Virus record (IMG/VR): IMGVR_UViG_3300031218_000007
DNA from: a virus
Direction: 5' to 3' (one strand)
DNA length: 33,703 nucleotides
In this document: positions 23,952 through 31,955 of the stretch, piece after piece
Layout of the letters: each line of letters starts with the position of its first letter
How positions within the stretch are numbered: position 1 is the stretch's first letter
Program-made: the position numbers and the translations under genes
Notes under the pieces: generated by a model
Databases searched by the model: none
The model's input: only the letters and a program-made list of their open reading frames with translations
What the model was told of the DNA's origin: nothing

Positions 23952-24663
23952 ATATTTAGACGGCACCGCCTTCACTACTGCCCGCCAACACGGCGACTTA
24001 ATCCTCGATCGCCCATTGACTGACGTGGGCGACGCGACAGCTCTGGTTATCTACCGCACGATGCGGATTCTAAGCGCCGACTACGCTCCCGTTAGCAGGG
24101 GCACAGCGTTAGCGGGATTTACTGGATCTCGACTCATTCGCGAAACGCAACCCGAAGAAATCAGCACGGGAGTGTGGGAATTTAAGCAAATCTATGCAAC
24201 AAAGCCAGCGAACCGATCAGACGTGTTTTCAGGCTCGATCAGCTTTCCATTTCCATCAACTCAAGGCGTATATTACACGCCTCCTGCGACTGCTGAGTCT
24301 GCTGATGAAAGTGATGATAACCTGTGGGAATATCGCGAAGAAAAAACGGCTGTCACGAATCCCGGCGTTTTGTATATTGATTACGTTTACTTCCTCGAAG
24401 CTTCACCTCCGACAATAGCCACAGTGTTTAAGTCATCAGAGCCCGGATTCGTTTCTAATGGCGGTTCTGGCTCGGTAAATAATGCGAAAGCGTTAAACGG
24501 AGATGTATTTACTGGAACATATTCAGTCAGTGCCACCACGCCATCCGCTACAGCTTACGCAACATCAATAACGGATGGCGATCTGTTAAATGTTGACGTG
24601 CGGATTAGCAGATACATGGGCGACATTTTCGTCATGGAAACCCACAAGACAGCCGCAAAATGA
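23941..24663 (+). CDS. Distal tail protein candidate
   Basis: 240 aa, overlapping the TMP stop by 11 nt. Call is by position only. Confidence 0.45.
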   Translation: MATEYLDGTAFTTARQHGDLILDRPLTDVGDATALVIYRTMRILSADYAPVSRGTALAGFTGSRLIRETQPEEISTGVWEFKQIYATKPANRSDVFSGSISFPFPSTQGVYYTPPATAESADESDDNLWEYREEKTAVTNPGVLYIDYVYFLEASPPTIATVFKSSEPGFVSNGGSGSVNNAKALNGDVFTGTYSVSATTPSATAYATSITDGDLLNVDVRISRYMGDIFVMETHKTAAK

Positions 24664-25235
24664 AAATAAAACCCGAAGAAGTTAAAGGCTGGGGCACCTT
24701 TCGGCGTGTATTGAAAAAGCTGATACACTCCGCCAACCGCACCGAAAACATTTCGATTAGCCGAAATAGTTTCACCGACGGCGTGACCTATTCAGGCGAT
24801 TCGATCATACTTAATATTTCAAAATCGAAACCAAGTCTCGGCGGCGTCAGCTCTGGAAATTTAGGCATTCACGCCTTTCAGTTAGTTGAAGAGGATATTA
24901 CTACGCTTTGCGTTCGACAAGGAACCGTTGGCACTATCATTCCGACTATTACAGGAGGCAGCGAACTTGAACCCGATTACACCGAAAACGTGTTATCACT
25001 ACCGGGCACAGGAACCCGAGAATACTGGCTCAAGATTACAATAGACTCAAGTGGCTATATTACAGCCGTCACCATCGAGGATGGTGAGCCAGGTAACGTC
25101 AGCGCAACTCAAGCTGAAATCCTACTTGGAAGCGTTGAGACCGATAGTGGCGATATAGTCGTGTTTAACTCAAACCTTAGCGGCTCACAGGCACTAGCCT
25201 CTTGTGGCGCAAATCACTTTTTTGGATTCGTCTAA
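24660..25235 (+). CDS. Tail/baseplate protein, function unknown
   Basis: ATGA-coupled, 191 aa. Confidence 0.45.
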   Translation: MKIKPEEVKGWGTFRRVLKKLIHSANRTENISISRNSFTDGVTYSGDSIILNISKSKPSLGGVSSGNLGIHAFQLVEEDITTLCVRQGTVGTIIPTITGGSELEPDYTENVLSLPGTGTREYWLKITIDSSGYITAVTIEDGEPGNVSATQAEILLGSVETDSGDIVVFNSNLSGSQALASCGANHFFGFV

Positions 25236-26488
25236 TGGGAAACCCGTTCAACATAGGGCCGTTTAATTGTTGCTCCTGTCCTGAGCCTCCAGACTTCGAT
25301 GCCGAGGTGGACGATCCGATGGCTAAGTATATCAATATGTGCGGTTGCCCGACTGTCGCGATATTCTGCGTGAGCGAGGAAAAGATCGCTACGCTCTGCG
25401 GCAAAATGGAATTTCAAGACCTCACCGCCGATCCCCCCGTATTGCGGTCTTCACCGCCCGCAGTGTATAAGTCAAAGGAAGTTGAGACTGTCACCGTCAC
25501 ACCCTCTGTCACCACAAGTTTCCCGCAGCGCTGCTGGCAAACAGGGATCACTGGTGACTCAGATGTTACTACAATAGATTATACGGCCACGGCAGTTACG
25601 ACAAGCCGGCACTTTACTGAAAAGACAGTAACAAGTCTATCCACCGAAGTGTGGGATACGGAAACATGCTCAAGCTCTACCTCAAACGATCCTGTTTCCA
25701 TTGTAGGAGGTGTAGGCAGCACGTCTGGCGAGCTTGATTGCTCTAGCTATAATGGCAACAACCCCCCCGGTTGCGGCCCAATAGATCCACCCCTCACAAC
25801 ACGGGGTGCTGTAATACCCGCTGTTGTGCCAGATGATCCGTCCGACTTGGTTGGAAACGCATTAAAAATAAACGTATCTCATACATTTGTTAATAGTGGT
25901 AGAGCCGCAGGCACCTATGAATACACATCATCTCGGCAGGACACAGAAACTTTCGATGGGCTTGAGTTAGTGGATTCGGATTGCGGAATTGATTCTAGAT
26001 CAACTTTAGATATACCTGGGTATGCTGCTAGATACTCCACTACCACAACAACAACTACATTATCGTTGCCAGACTCCGAGGAAGAAGCATTAGCCCGCGC
26101 TACGGCCAAAGCAGGTTCAGATTGTTCCTCTATCGACGAGCTCCGCACCGACTCCTACGACATAACCCAGCGCACCGCCACTTACACGGCTACAGCTAGC
26201 AACCTCGTGATCGGCGTGCCCTACAAGGGCTGCGTGCGCCTTCGTCGCCGCAAAGCCTACAGCGGCACCACCCCCCTCGACCCCGAGACGGAAGTCACCG
26301 AAGTTATCGCATGGGAAGATGTTGAGCCCGACACCATTGCACCTTTTACGCCAACAGAAACAAGCGAGGAAGTCGCGACCGATGAAGCCCTGCCCACCGC
26401 CAAGGGCTATGAATACCAAGCAGTCAGCGCCCACGTCTGGCCAGTCTCCGCAGGTTGCGATTGCCCTACATCTTACGTAACCCCATGA
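25235..26488 (+). CDS. Tail tip/baseplate protein with a Cys-rich N-terminus
   Basis: ATG at 25235 (TAATG overlap). The N-terminus reads NCCSCPEPP...MCGCPTVAIFC...LCG, and the central part is Thr/Ser-rich. Confidence 0.5.
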   Translation: MGNPFNIGPFNCCSCPEPPDFDAEVDDPMAKYINMCGCPTVAIFCVSEEKIATLCGKMEFQDLTADPPVLRSSPPAVYKSKEVETVTVTPSVTTSFPQRCWQTGITGDSDVTTIDYTATAVTTSRHFTEKTVTSLSTEVWDTETCSSSTSNDPVSIVGGVGSTSGELDCSSYNGNNPPGCGPIDPPLTTRGAVIPAVVPDDPSDLVGNALKINVSHTFVNSGRAAGTYEYTSSRQDTETFDGLELVDSDCGIDSRSTLDIPGYAARYSTTTTTTTLSLPDSEEEALARATAKAGSDCSSIDELRTDSYDITQRTATYTATASNLVIGVPYKGCVRLRRRKAYSGTTPLDPETEVTEVIAWEDVEPDTIAPFTPTETSEEVATDEALPTAKGYEYQAVSAHVWPVSAGCDCPTSYVTP

Positions 26489-26712
26489 TTACTCGAAACC
26501 ATAAACCGACACCGCTCGTGCTGACCGAGGCACAGAAGGCCAGCTTGCAAAAGCCACAGTCGCGACCCAAGCACCACGGCTTAGGCGACCTCGTTGAAAA
26601 GCTCGCGAAGCCCATCGCCAAGGTGATCGACCGCGTGGCAGGCACAAACATTCAAGGATGTGGCGGGTGTCAGAAGCGCAAGGAATGGCTAAATGATAAT
26701 TTCCCGAAGTAA
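26485..26712 (+). CDS. Small protein with a CGGC motif
   Basis: ATGA-coupled, 75 aa, ending ..GTNIQGCGGCQKRKEWLNDNFPK. Confidence 0.45.
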   Translation: MITRNHKPTPLVLTEAQKASLQKPQSRPKHHGLGDLVEKLAKPIAKVIDRVAGTNIQGCGGCQKRKEWLNDNFPK

Positions 26713-26762
26713 CCGCAAAATTGACCCATCCCAGCCCGCTTCCAGTCGGCACTTGCCAAAAC

Positions 26763-26782
26763 GTATCCAATAACCTAATACA
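26763..26782 (+). promoter_or_regulatory. GTATCCA-N9-TACA motif
   Basis: GTATCCAataacctaaTACA, ending 6 nt before the ATG at 26788. Confidence 0.55.
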
Positions 26783-26787
26783 CTACC

Positions 26788-27204
26788 ATGAGCACGACAC
26801 TATTAGACACAACCGCAGACGGCTCGCCGTTAATCTCAGACGGCTTTCGAGTCGCCCTAACCGCAGGGGGTGCCGTAGGCATCTCCTGCCGCGTCACGAC
26901 TGGCGGCGCGGCCTTGACCAACGCAGACGGCTCGCGGCTTAGCTCAATGCCGTGCTCGCTGATCATCACGTCGTCGAATTTTACCGATGGCGCAGGCGCA
27001 GGCACGGTGGCCGCAACCACTCAAGCCCAGTTCGGCGGCGCGGGTAGCGTGTCGATCCCGCTGGAGATTTCGGCAGTCGCGTCGGACGTGCGACACACTG
27101 AGGTTGTCACCATTGCAGGCGGGCCGGTGATGTATGGCTTTTTGTCGTTCCCCGCCGAGCTCAGTGCAAACGTCACCATCCTGATCGAAGCCCTCGAACT
27201 GTAA
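26788..27204 (+). CDS. Tail fibre-associated protein, function unknown
   Basis: 138 aa, Gly/Ala/Thr/Ser-rich, upstream of the LamG protein. Confidence 0.5.
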   Translation: MSTTLLDTTADGSPLISDGFRVALTAGGAVGISCRVTTGGAALTNADGSRLSSMPCSLIITSSNFTDGAGAGTVAATTQAQFGGAGSVSIPLEISAVASDVRHTEVVTIAGGPVMYGFLSFPAELSANVTILIEALEL

Positions 27205-27207
27205 TCG

Positions 27208-28485
27208 ATGCTATTGCACAATCAGATACTGCCCCGCGAAGGTAGCCGCTATACACCCGCGCAGTTTCTTGCGCTGTTTGGCGCAAAGAAATTTATACAG
27301 CGCTTCGGCACTGGCCTTACCGCAGCCTACTTTTTAGCCGACCTCGGCAGCAGTCGCGGGACGGTTGATGGCGTGCTAAATCCAGTGGTTCGGGTGCGTC
27401 GTAGTAGCGACGGTGGTTTGCGTGCGTTTACGGCAGCGGATATTAAGAGCGGCACGGCTTTGGATTACGTAAACAACGGGACTAGTGCGCTGTATAATAA
27501 TGCAATGTATTTTGATGGGGTGGATGATTATGTTAAAAAAGACGTGAGCAATTTTAGGTCTGGCGATTCCTCTGGCTCTGTCACCATAGATTTTGCTATT
27601 ACCAGCTCCGGCAATTTTATTTTTGTGGCCTCAGCAAGCACACCAACCGACGCCAAGCGCATTGCTTTTGGAATTAATGCTGGTAAGGTCAGGATTATAA
27701 CTAGAGACTCTGCCTTCAACGCGGTTGAGACGACATCGCTTTTCAACGACGGGCAATTACACACGGTAAAATTTGCATCTAGCGGAACAGCTTGGTCGAT
27801 TGAGATTGATGGAAACTCTGAGTCGCTACAGGTTGTTACTGGCTCAAACACTGGCGGTTGGTTTGCGGATATACCAGATCGAGGTAACATAGTAGTTGGC
27901 GCGCTGGTTGACAACTCCACGGGCGGTTTCTGCGATGGCTTATTAAAAAACCTTATCATTAAAAACGGCGCAGGGACTTCGGTGCTGGCGTGGGCGGGCG
28001 ACGGCAACCAAAACTCTAATTGGTTAGACACCTCTGGCAACTCTTATAATCCTACAGTATTTGGCTCTCCCGCGCTATACTCAGGGCAACCGTTTGGCAG
28101 CGTGCAAGCCAAGCTTTACGACGGTCTCGTAGGAGCCAACGATGCCACGCAAACAACCGTAGCGGACATGCCAAAGACTGTAGTGGCTGGCGCAAGAGTA
28201 GTCGATAACAACGGCAACGCATCAACGCTATGGGAGGCCACGGACAACCTCACATTTACCACTGCATTCACTGGCCTGACATCGGCCAACGTTTACGCAG
28301 TCACCGACAACGCTGGCACTGTCACTCTCAACACGATCACGGCATTTGACATTAGCGCCATCACGACCATGACGGCTCTGCTCACGTCGCTAACCTATAC
28401 CAAAGTCACGGCGGTAATCATCGCGCCAGACAACGCAAATCAAGCCGCCATTCAAGCTGAGCTCAACCGCCTCTTTGGAATCTAA
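27208..28485 (+). CDS. LamG / concanavalin-A-like lectin-domain protein (receptor-binding candidate)
   Basis: YFDGVDDYVKK...GSVTIDFAI...IAFGINAGKVRI..FNDGQLHTVKF..WSIEIDG fits the Laminin_G_3 pattern. Confidence 0.7.
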   Translation: MLLHNQILPREGSRYTPAQFLALFGAKKFIQRFGTGLTAAYFLADLGSSRGTVDGVLNPVVRVRRSSDGGLRAFTAADIKSGTALDYVNNGTSALYNNAMYFDGVDDYVKKDVSNFRSGDSSGSVTIDFAITSSGNFIFVASASTPTDAKRIAFGINAGKVRIITRDSAFNAVETTSLFNDGQLHTVKFASSGTAWSIEIDGNSESLQVVTGSNTGGWFADIPDRGNIVVGALVDNSTGGFCDGLLKNLIIKNGAGTSVLAWAGDGNQNSNWLDTSGNSYNPTVFGSPALYSGQPFGSVQAKLYDGLVGANDATQTTVADMPKTVVAGARVVDNNGNASTLWEATDNLTFTTAFTGLTSANVYAVTDNAGTVTLNTITAFDISAITTMTALLTSLTYTKVTAVIIAPDNANQAAIQAELNRLFGI

Positions 28486-28763
28486 TGAATCTACCATTCC
28501 CAAACGTCACCGCAGCCCAAGCCCGCAACCACAGCGAATATCTACGGCGATGCGGGCTGACCGCAGCCATCCCTGGCGACCCGCTTTATTGGTGGTCAAT
28601 GTCCGTTGCAGACGACGGACGCGCCGCGCTAATGGTAGATGCCGCAGACCTGCCGACAACCGACGAGGATGGCGTGGTAACGCATCACAGTTTGACCGCT
28701 GCCGAGGTGCGGGCGCTAAAGCAAAAGCTGCCCGCACGGTGGATCAAGAAGCAAACAATTTAA
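28485..28763 (+). CDS. Hypothetical protein
   Basis: TAATG-coupled, 92 aa, with no TM segment. Confidence 0.45.
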   Translation: MNLPFPNVTAAQARNHSEYLRRCGLTAAIPGDPLYWWSMSVADDGRAALMVDAADLPTTDEDGVVTHHSLTAAEVRALKQKLPARWIKKQTI

Positions 28764-28767
28764 GACC

Positions 28768-29052
28768 ATGCCAAACCAATCCGACACGACCCAAATCCCG
28801 AACAAATACGCGAGCCTATTGCTGGTAGGATCGCTACTATTTTTGGGGATGGTGTCGATCTACGCAGGCACCGAAGCCCGCGACCTCAAAAAAGCCGTGC
28901 AGGCAAGCAGCATGGCAGACGAGCGACAAGACGCGACGATTGACGCGATCCTGCAAACGCAAGCGGACGGCAAAAAGGCCACTGAGAAACTGACTGATGC
29001 CGTGATCGGGCTGACCGTTGAAATCGCCAAGATACCGCGAGACAACCAATGA
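28768..29052 (+). CDS. i-spanin-like or holin-like membrane protein
   Basis: One N-terminal TM span (YASLLLVGSLLFLGMVSIYAG) followed by a charged helical domain. ATGA-coupled to a lipoprotein gene. Confidence 0.5.
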   Translation: MPNQSDTTQIPNKYASLLLVGSLLFLGMVSIYAGTEARDLKKAVQASSMADERQDATIDAILQTQADGKKATEKLTDAVIGLTVEIAKIPRDNQ

Positions 29053-29279
29053 CCGACCGTATCATCACCGCCCTCCTCGCTGTATCCGTAATCCTAATAC
29101 ACTGCGCAGGGTGCGCGTCGCGACCACTTCCGACGCCGATGGCAACGGTTGATATTTACGTGACCGACGAGGGATTCTTCGTGATCACCGAGCGCGGCTC
29201 TGACGAGTCTATCGCCTACAGATTTAACGTCACAGAGATCCACCCAATCGAACCGCCAACACCAATCCCAGCGCCATGA
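29049..29279 (+). CDS. Small lipoprotein, o-spanin-like
   Basis: Signal peptide ending LIHCAGC (lipobox-like) and a Pro-rich C-terminus (IEPPTPIPAP). 76 aa. Confidence 0.55.
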   Translation: MTDRIITALLAVSVILIHCAGCASRPLPTPMATVDIYVTDEGFFVITERGSDESIAYRFNVTEIHPIEPPTPIPAP

Positions 29280-29929
29280 CACTCCGAAACATCACAACCC
29301 TTTTTACTGTATCCATAATCCTGATACTGGGCGCGGGTTGTTCGAGTGTCGGACTCCAGAGCAAGCGCATTTTCCAAGAAAACGTCGCCGCGCCCGTGGT
29401 CAAGGAGGTTACCGAGGACATCCGCCAAGCCGCCGACTACTTGTCAAAAGCCGTAGAACAGCCCGCAGAGGCAAAGGGCGTAGCGATAGACCTCTCGCAG
29501 CGTGTTGGCTCTCCTGAGCGTCCTATCGACGCAGCAAACGACGTTTCCGCCGCATTGACCAAGGGCAACCGCGCACACCAGAACGACCTTGCCGACCTCA
29601 TGACATGGCTGGACAAGCGCGAAGGCACCGCGCTGGAAGGCACTGGGCTGTCAGTATGGGGCACAGGCGGGTTCGTCGTCGTCTTGCTGATCGTCGTCGC
29701 GTGCGTGCTCATGCCCGCGCTAATCCCGCTCGTCATACAGCTTGTGCAGACCATAGCAGGGACATCACGCGCAGTGCTAAAACAGACAGGCGCGGCCATG
29801 GTATCGGCCATCAGCGAATGGGAGACCGAAAACCCGACCGAAGCCGAAGAGCTAAAAGAGATTATGTCGCGCAAGATGGACACCAAGAGCAAGACCATCG
29901 TCAAGAAACTCAAAGACGGTCAGCTTTAA
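29276..29929 (+). CDS. Lipoprotein with internal hydrophobic spans
   Basis: Signal peptide ILILGAGC is paralogous to the preceding gene's. A ~40-aa hydrophobic stretch (GGFVVVLLIVVACVLMPALIPLVIQLV) follows. Confidence 0.55.
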   Translation: MTLRNITTLFTVSIILILGAGCSSVGLQSKRIFQENVAAPVVKEVTEDIRQAADYLSKAVEQPAEAKGVAIDLSQRVGSPERPIDAANDVSAALTKGNRAHQNDLADLMTWLDKREGTALEGTGLSVWGTGGFVVVLLIVVACVLMPALIPLVIQLVQTIAGTSRAVLKQTGAAMVSAISEWETENPTEAEELKEIMSRKMDTKSKTIVKKLKDGQL

Positions 29930-30057
29930 TGCCAGCGCCCACGCAGCGAGAACTGCACTGGCAATGCGCTAAGGAGCACTTCCGCGCCCGCCGCTTTCGA
30001 CTAGCATTCCACGAGCTAGTCAAGGCGGCTTTTCCGTCGCTGCGGTTGCCGCTGTGA
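29929..30057 (+). CDS. Possible small ORF (42 aa)
   Basis: A TAATG overlap with the upstream gene is the only support. Confidence 0.25.
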   Translation: MPAPTQRELHWQCAKEHFRARRFRLAFHELVKAAFPSLRLPL

Positions 30058-30058
30058 C

Positions 30059-30298
30059 TTACAGGTTTTCCTCAATCCGCGCCATCTCCGCAACGCGTGA
30101 CGGCTTATCAACCGCAAGCCAGAACGCCCGCGCAGCCCGCACGAAGGCGCCGATCCACGCCCACGTAACCACCGCCGAGAACTGCATGGCCTCGCCTGCT
30201 GTGTTTTCGCCGGCGAACACCAGCTCAATGCCGTCTAGGGTCAGCGTGAGCTTGGGCACGTTGACGCGCCGGAATCTGTATTTGTGCGCGTCACTCAT
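30059..30298 (-). CDS. Hypothetical protein (last gene of the leftward operon)
   Basis: 79 aa, convergent with the + arm. Its start overlaps the upstream gene. Confidence 0.5.
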   Translation of the reverse strand: MSDAHKYRFRRVNVPKLTLTLDGIELVFAGENTAGEAMQFSAVVTWAWIGAFVRAARAFWLAVDKPSRVAEMARIEENL

Positions 30299-30545
30299 GT
30301 TCGCCCTCCGCGTCTAAGATCGCGTCAATATTAAACCGGCTCCAGCAGTCTAACCGATCAAGGGAGTCGTCGCTTTCGGTAAGTATCCAGTCCATCCGCG
30401 CCCGCTCCGCAGCCAGCTCAGCCTCAGCGGCGTGCATGCGCAGCTCGATCTTGCGGCAAAACGCGACGTTGATCGTATGCGCATATCCGCGCCCCTCGTT
30501 GATAAGCTGGCGGTCGGTCAGCGGTGTGGTGGTTGGCGTGCTCAT
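30291..30545 (-). CDS. Hypothetical protein
   Basis: 84 aa, overlap-coupled on both sides. Confidence 0.5.
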   Translation of the reverse strand: MSTPTTTPLTDRQLINEGRGYAHTINVAFCRKIELRMHAAEAELAAERARMDWILTESDDSLDRLDCWSRFNIDAILDAEGEHE

Positions 30546-30841
30546 ACGGGGGTATCCTCTCCTGTAATGGTTTTGTCTTCAATGACGGCTTGCGCTACTC
30601 GCAGCGTCGGAAACGACCATCCTGCGCGCCCCCACATGCTGGATGGAGGGTATGACTCCGACCCCTTAAGCGTAACCGTGCCATTTGGCCAAGTGTGATC
30701 GGCCTTGGCGCGTTGAATCAGAATGACCTCGTAGCTAGTGTGGACTGCGCCCTTGCTTTTGCGGTAGAGCGCATGAATTGCCGTGCGCTGGATCTGCTCA
30801 AGGTCAAAACCGTCATTGCGAATGTGGATGGGTAATTTCAT
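30542..30841 (-). CDS. Hypothetical protein
   Basis: 99 aa. Contains a KGSESYPPSSMWGRAGWSF segment; no family assigned. Confidence 0.55.
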   Translation of the reverse strand: MKLPIHIRNDGFDLEQIQRTAIHALYRKSKGAVHTSYEVILIQRAKADHTWPNGTVTLKGSESYPPSSMWGRAGWSFPTLRVAQAVIEDKTITGEDTPV

Positions 30842-30972
30842 AGTGATTTGAGGATCTCCTTGCGGTTAGTGATTGCGTGCGACATGGCGGCTTTCCACCC
30901 TGCGCGGAAGTGCTCTTCGCGGGGAAACGTATACGCGCCCCCATTTGAGTGAGCATTCCACGCCACATCCAT
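30838..30972 (-). CDS. Possible small ORF (44 aa, hand-translated)
   Basis: MDVAWNAHSNGGAYTFPREEHFRAGWKAAMSHAITNRKEILKSL, with an ATGA overlap onto the gene starting at 30841. A better fit than track ORF 30813-31226. Confidence 0.3.
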   Translation of the reverse strand: MDVAWNAHSNGGAYTFPREEHFRAGWKAAMSHAITNRKEILKSL

Positions 30973-31101
30973 CGCGCACGGCTCCTCGTATGCGCGGATT
31001 CGCTCAGATGCCCGCCCGCCACGACTTGACCACGACTATGAGAGCCGCGGCAGTAGGGGCTAGGAGGCACGCTGTGAGCGCGTAGAGTGAGAGTGTGTAG
31101 A

Positions 31102-31359
31102 TCACGACTGACCTGCTTTCTTCGCGCGGGCAATCCGGCAGTAGATAGTCTGCGGATGGATGCCGAGGTCGGCGGCAACAGCCGTAGGGCGTTCGCCTTG
31201 GCTGACGCGGCGCATAGCGGCTTCAACGGTGGCGGCGGTGGAACGGCTACGGTTGCCGTCGCAAATGTCGCCAGTGCGCATTAGCAGCTCCATCTTGAGC
31301 TTGAGTGAGTGGGCGTAATCCATGCAGTGGGATTCGCGGGAGTGATTCATATGTAGCAT
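31102..31359 (-). CDS. Small HTH DNA-binding protein
   Basis: C-terminal GERPTAVAADLGIHPQTIYCRIARAKK is a helix-turn-helix of the Hin/resolvase-type or sigma region 4-like class. Confidence 0.55.
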   Translation of the reverse strand: MLHMNHSRESHCMDYAHSLKLKMELLMRTGDICDGNRSRSTAATVEAAMRRVSQGERPTAVAADLGIHPQTIYCRIARAKKAGQS

Positions 31360-31425
31360 TTTCGTAGTGGTTCGGTTTGTGTGTGCGTCAGCTGAGTGCG
31401 TCCGCTGGTGTGACCCTGCGGGGTG

Positions 31426-31441
31426 TGTGCAGGTCTGTCAA
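31426..31441 (-). promoter_or_regulatory. TTGACA..CCTGCACA promoter motif
   Basis: Minus strand reads TTGACAgaCCTGCACA with CAGGGT 17 nt downstream. Lies upstream of the HTH gene. Confidence 0.55.
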
Positions 31442-31468
31442 GCAATTGTGTGCAAGTTTCGTATTTAT

Positions 31469-31765
31469 TTACTGATAGCTAATATCCAGCCCCAACGACT
31501 GCGCGACTACGTGCTCAGCCACCGCGCCCTTAGAGTGCACCCACCCCCGCAGCATGTAGACGGCATCGACGCAGAGCAGCTGCGCGATCGACAGCCGCAT
31601 ATACTGCGCGTGGGCGACCGCAGAAGCGCTGTCGTAGTTGACCGCAGGGTCGATGACCGCGTAGCCTAGCAGCCGCCATTCGTGCGCAGCAGCGGCGAAC
31701 GCGGGGCGATTGTGGAGCGTGATGCCCGTGATCGGGCCGCTGATGTAGATGATGCGTGTTTTCAT
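31469..31765 (-). CDS. DUF4406 protein (nucleoside 2-deoxyribosyltransferase-like fold)
   Basis: IYISGPITG..NRPAF..AA..L...G..VIDP ... YMRLSIAQLLCVDAVYMLRGWVHSKGAVAEHVVAQSLG fits the DUF4406 pattern. Confidence 0.7.
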   Translation of the reverse strand: MKTRIIYISGPITGITLHNRPAFAAAAHEWRLLGYAVIDPAVNYDSASAVAHAQYMRLSIAQLLCVDAVYMLRGWVHSKGAVAEHVVAQSLGLDISYQ

Positions 31766-31782
31766 AGTGTTGGTGCGCGTTG

Positions 31783-31953
31783 CTACCCTTTGAAATTAAC
31801 CCGAGAGCTCGGCATCAGCCGCCCTTTGCCCTGCGCCTCCATGCGCTCGCTATCGCGGTCAGGCTCGCGCTCAATGAACGCGGGGCGGCCGTATTGGCTG
31901 AGGCGGGCGCAGTGTGTAGGCTGCTCGGTGGGGGGAGGCTGTTTGTCGGTCAT
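31783..31953 (-). CDS. Small hypothetical protein
   Basis: ATG at 31953, 2 nt after the def stop. 56 aa. Confidence 0.35.
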   Translation of the reverse strand: MTDKQPPPTEQPTHCARLSQYGRPAFIEREPDRDSERMEAQGKGRLMPSSRVNFKG

Positions 31954-31955
31954 GG

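Noticed and set aside
3117-24000. Long antisense track ORFs (e.g. 3117-3851, 6087-6641, 10896-11441, 14873-15493, 19993-20658, 23138-23707, all on the minus strand)
   Set aside because: They are shadow frames opposite well-supported + strand genes (SSB-like/Erf, terL, protease/scaffold, beta-helix, tape measure). Their composition is low-complexity Ser/Ala/Arg-rich and there are no signals.
30813-31226. 137-aa minus-strand track ORF
   Set aside because: It overlaps the HTH gene (31102-31359) and has an Arg/Ser/Ala-rich off-frame composition. A 44-codon ORF in another frame (30838-30972) with an ATGA junction fits the operon better.
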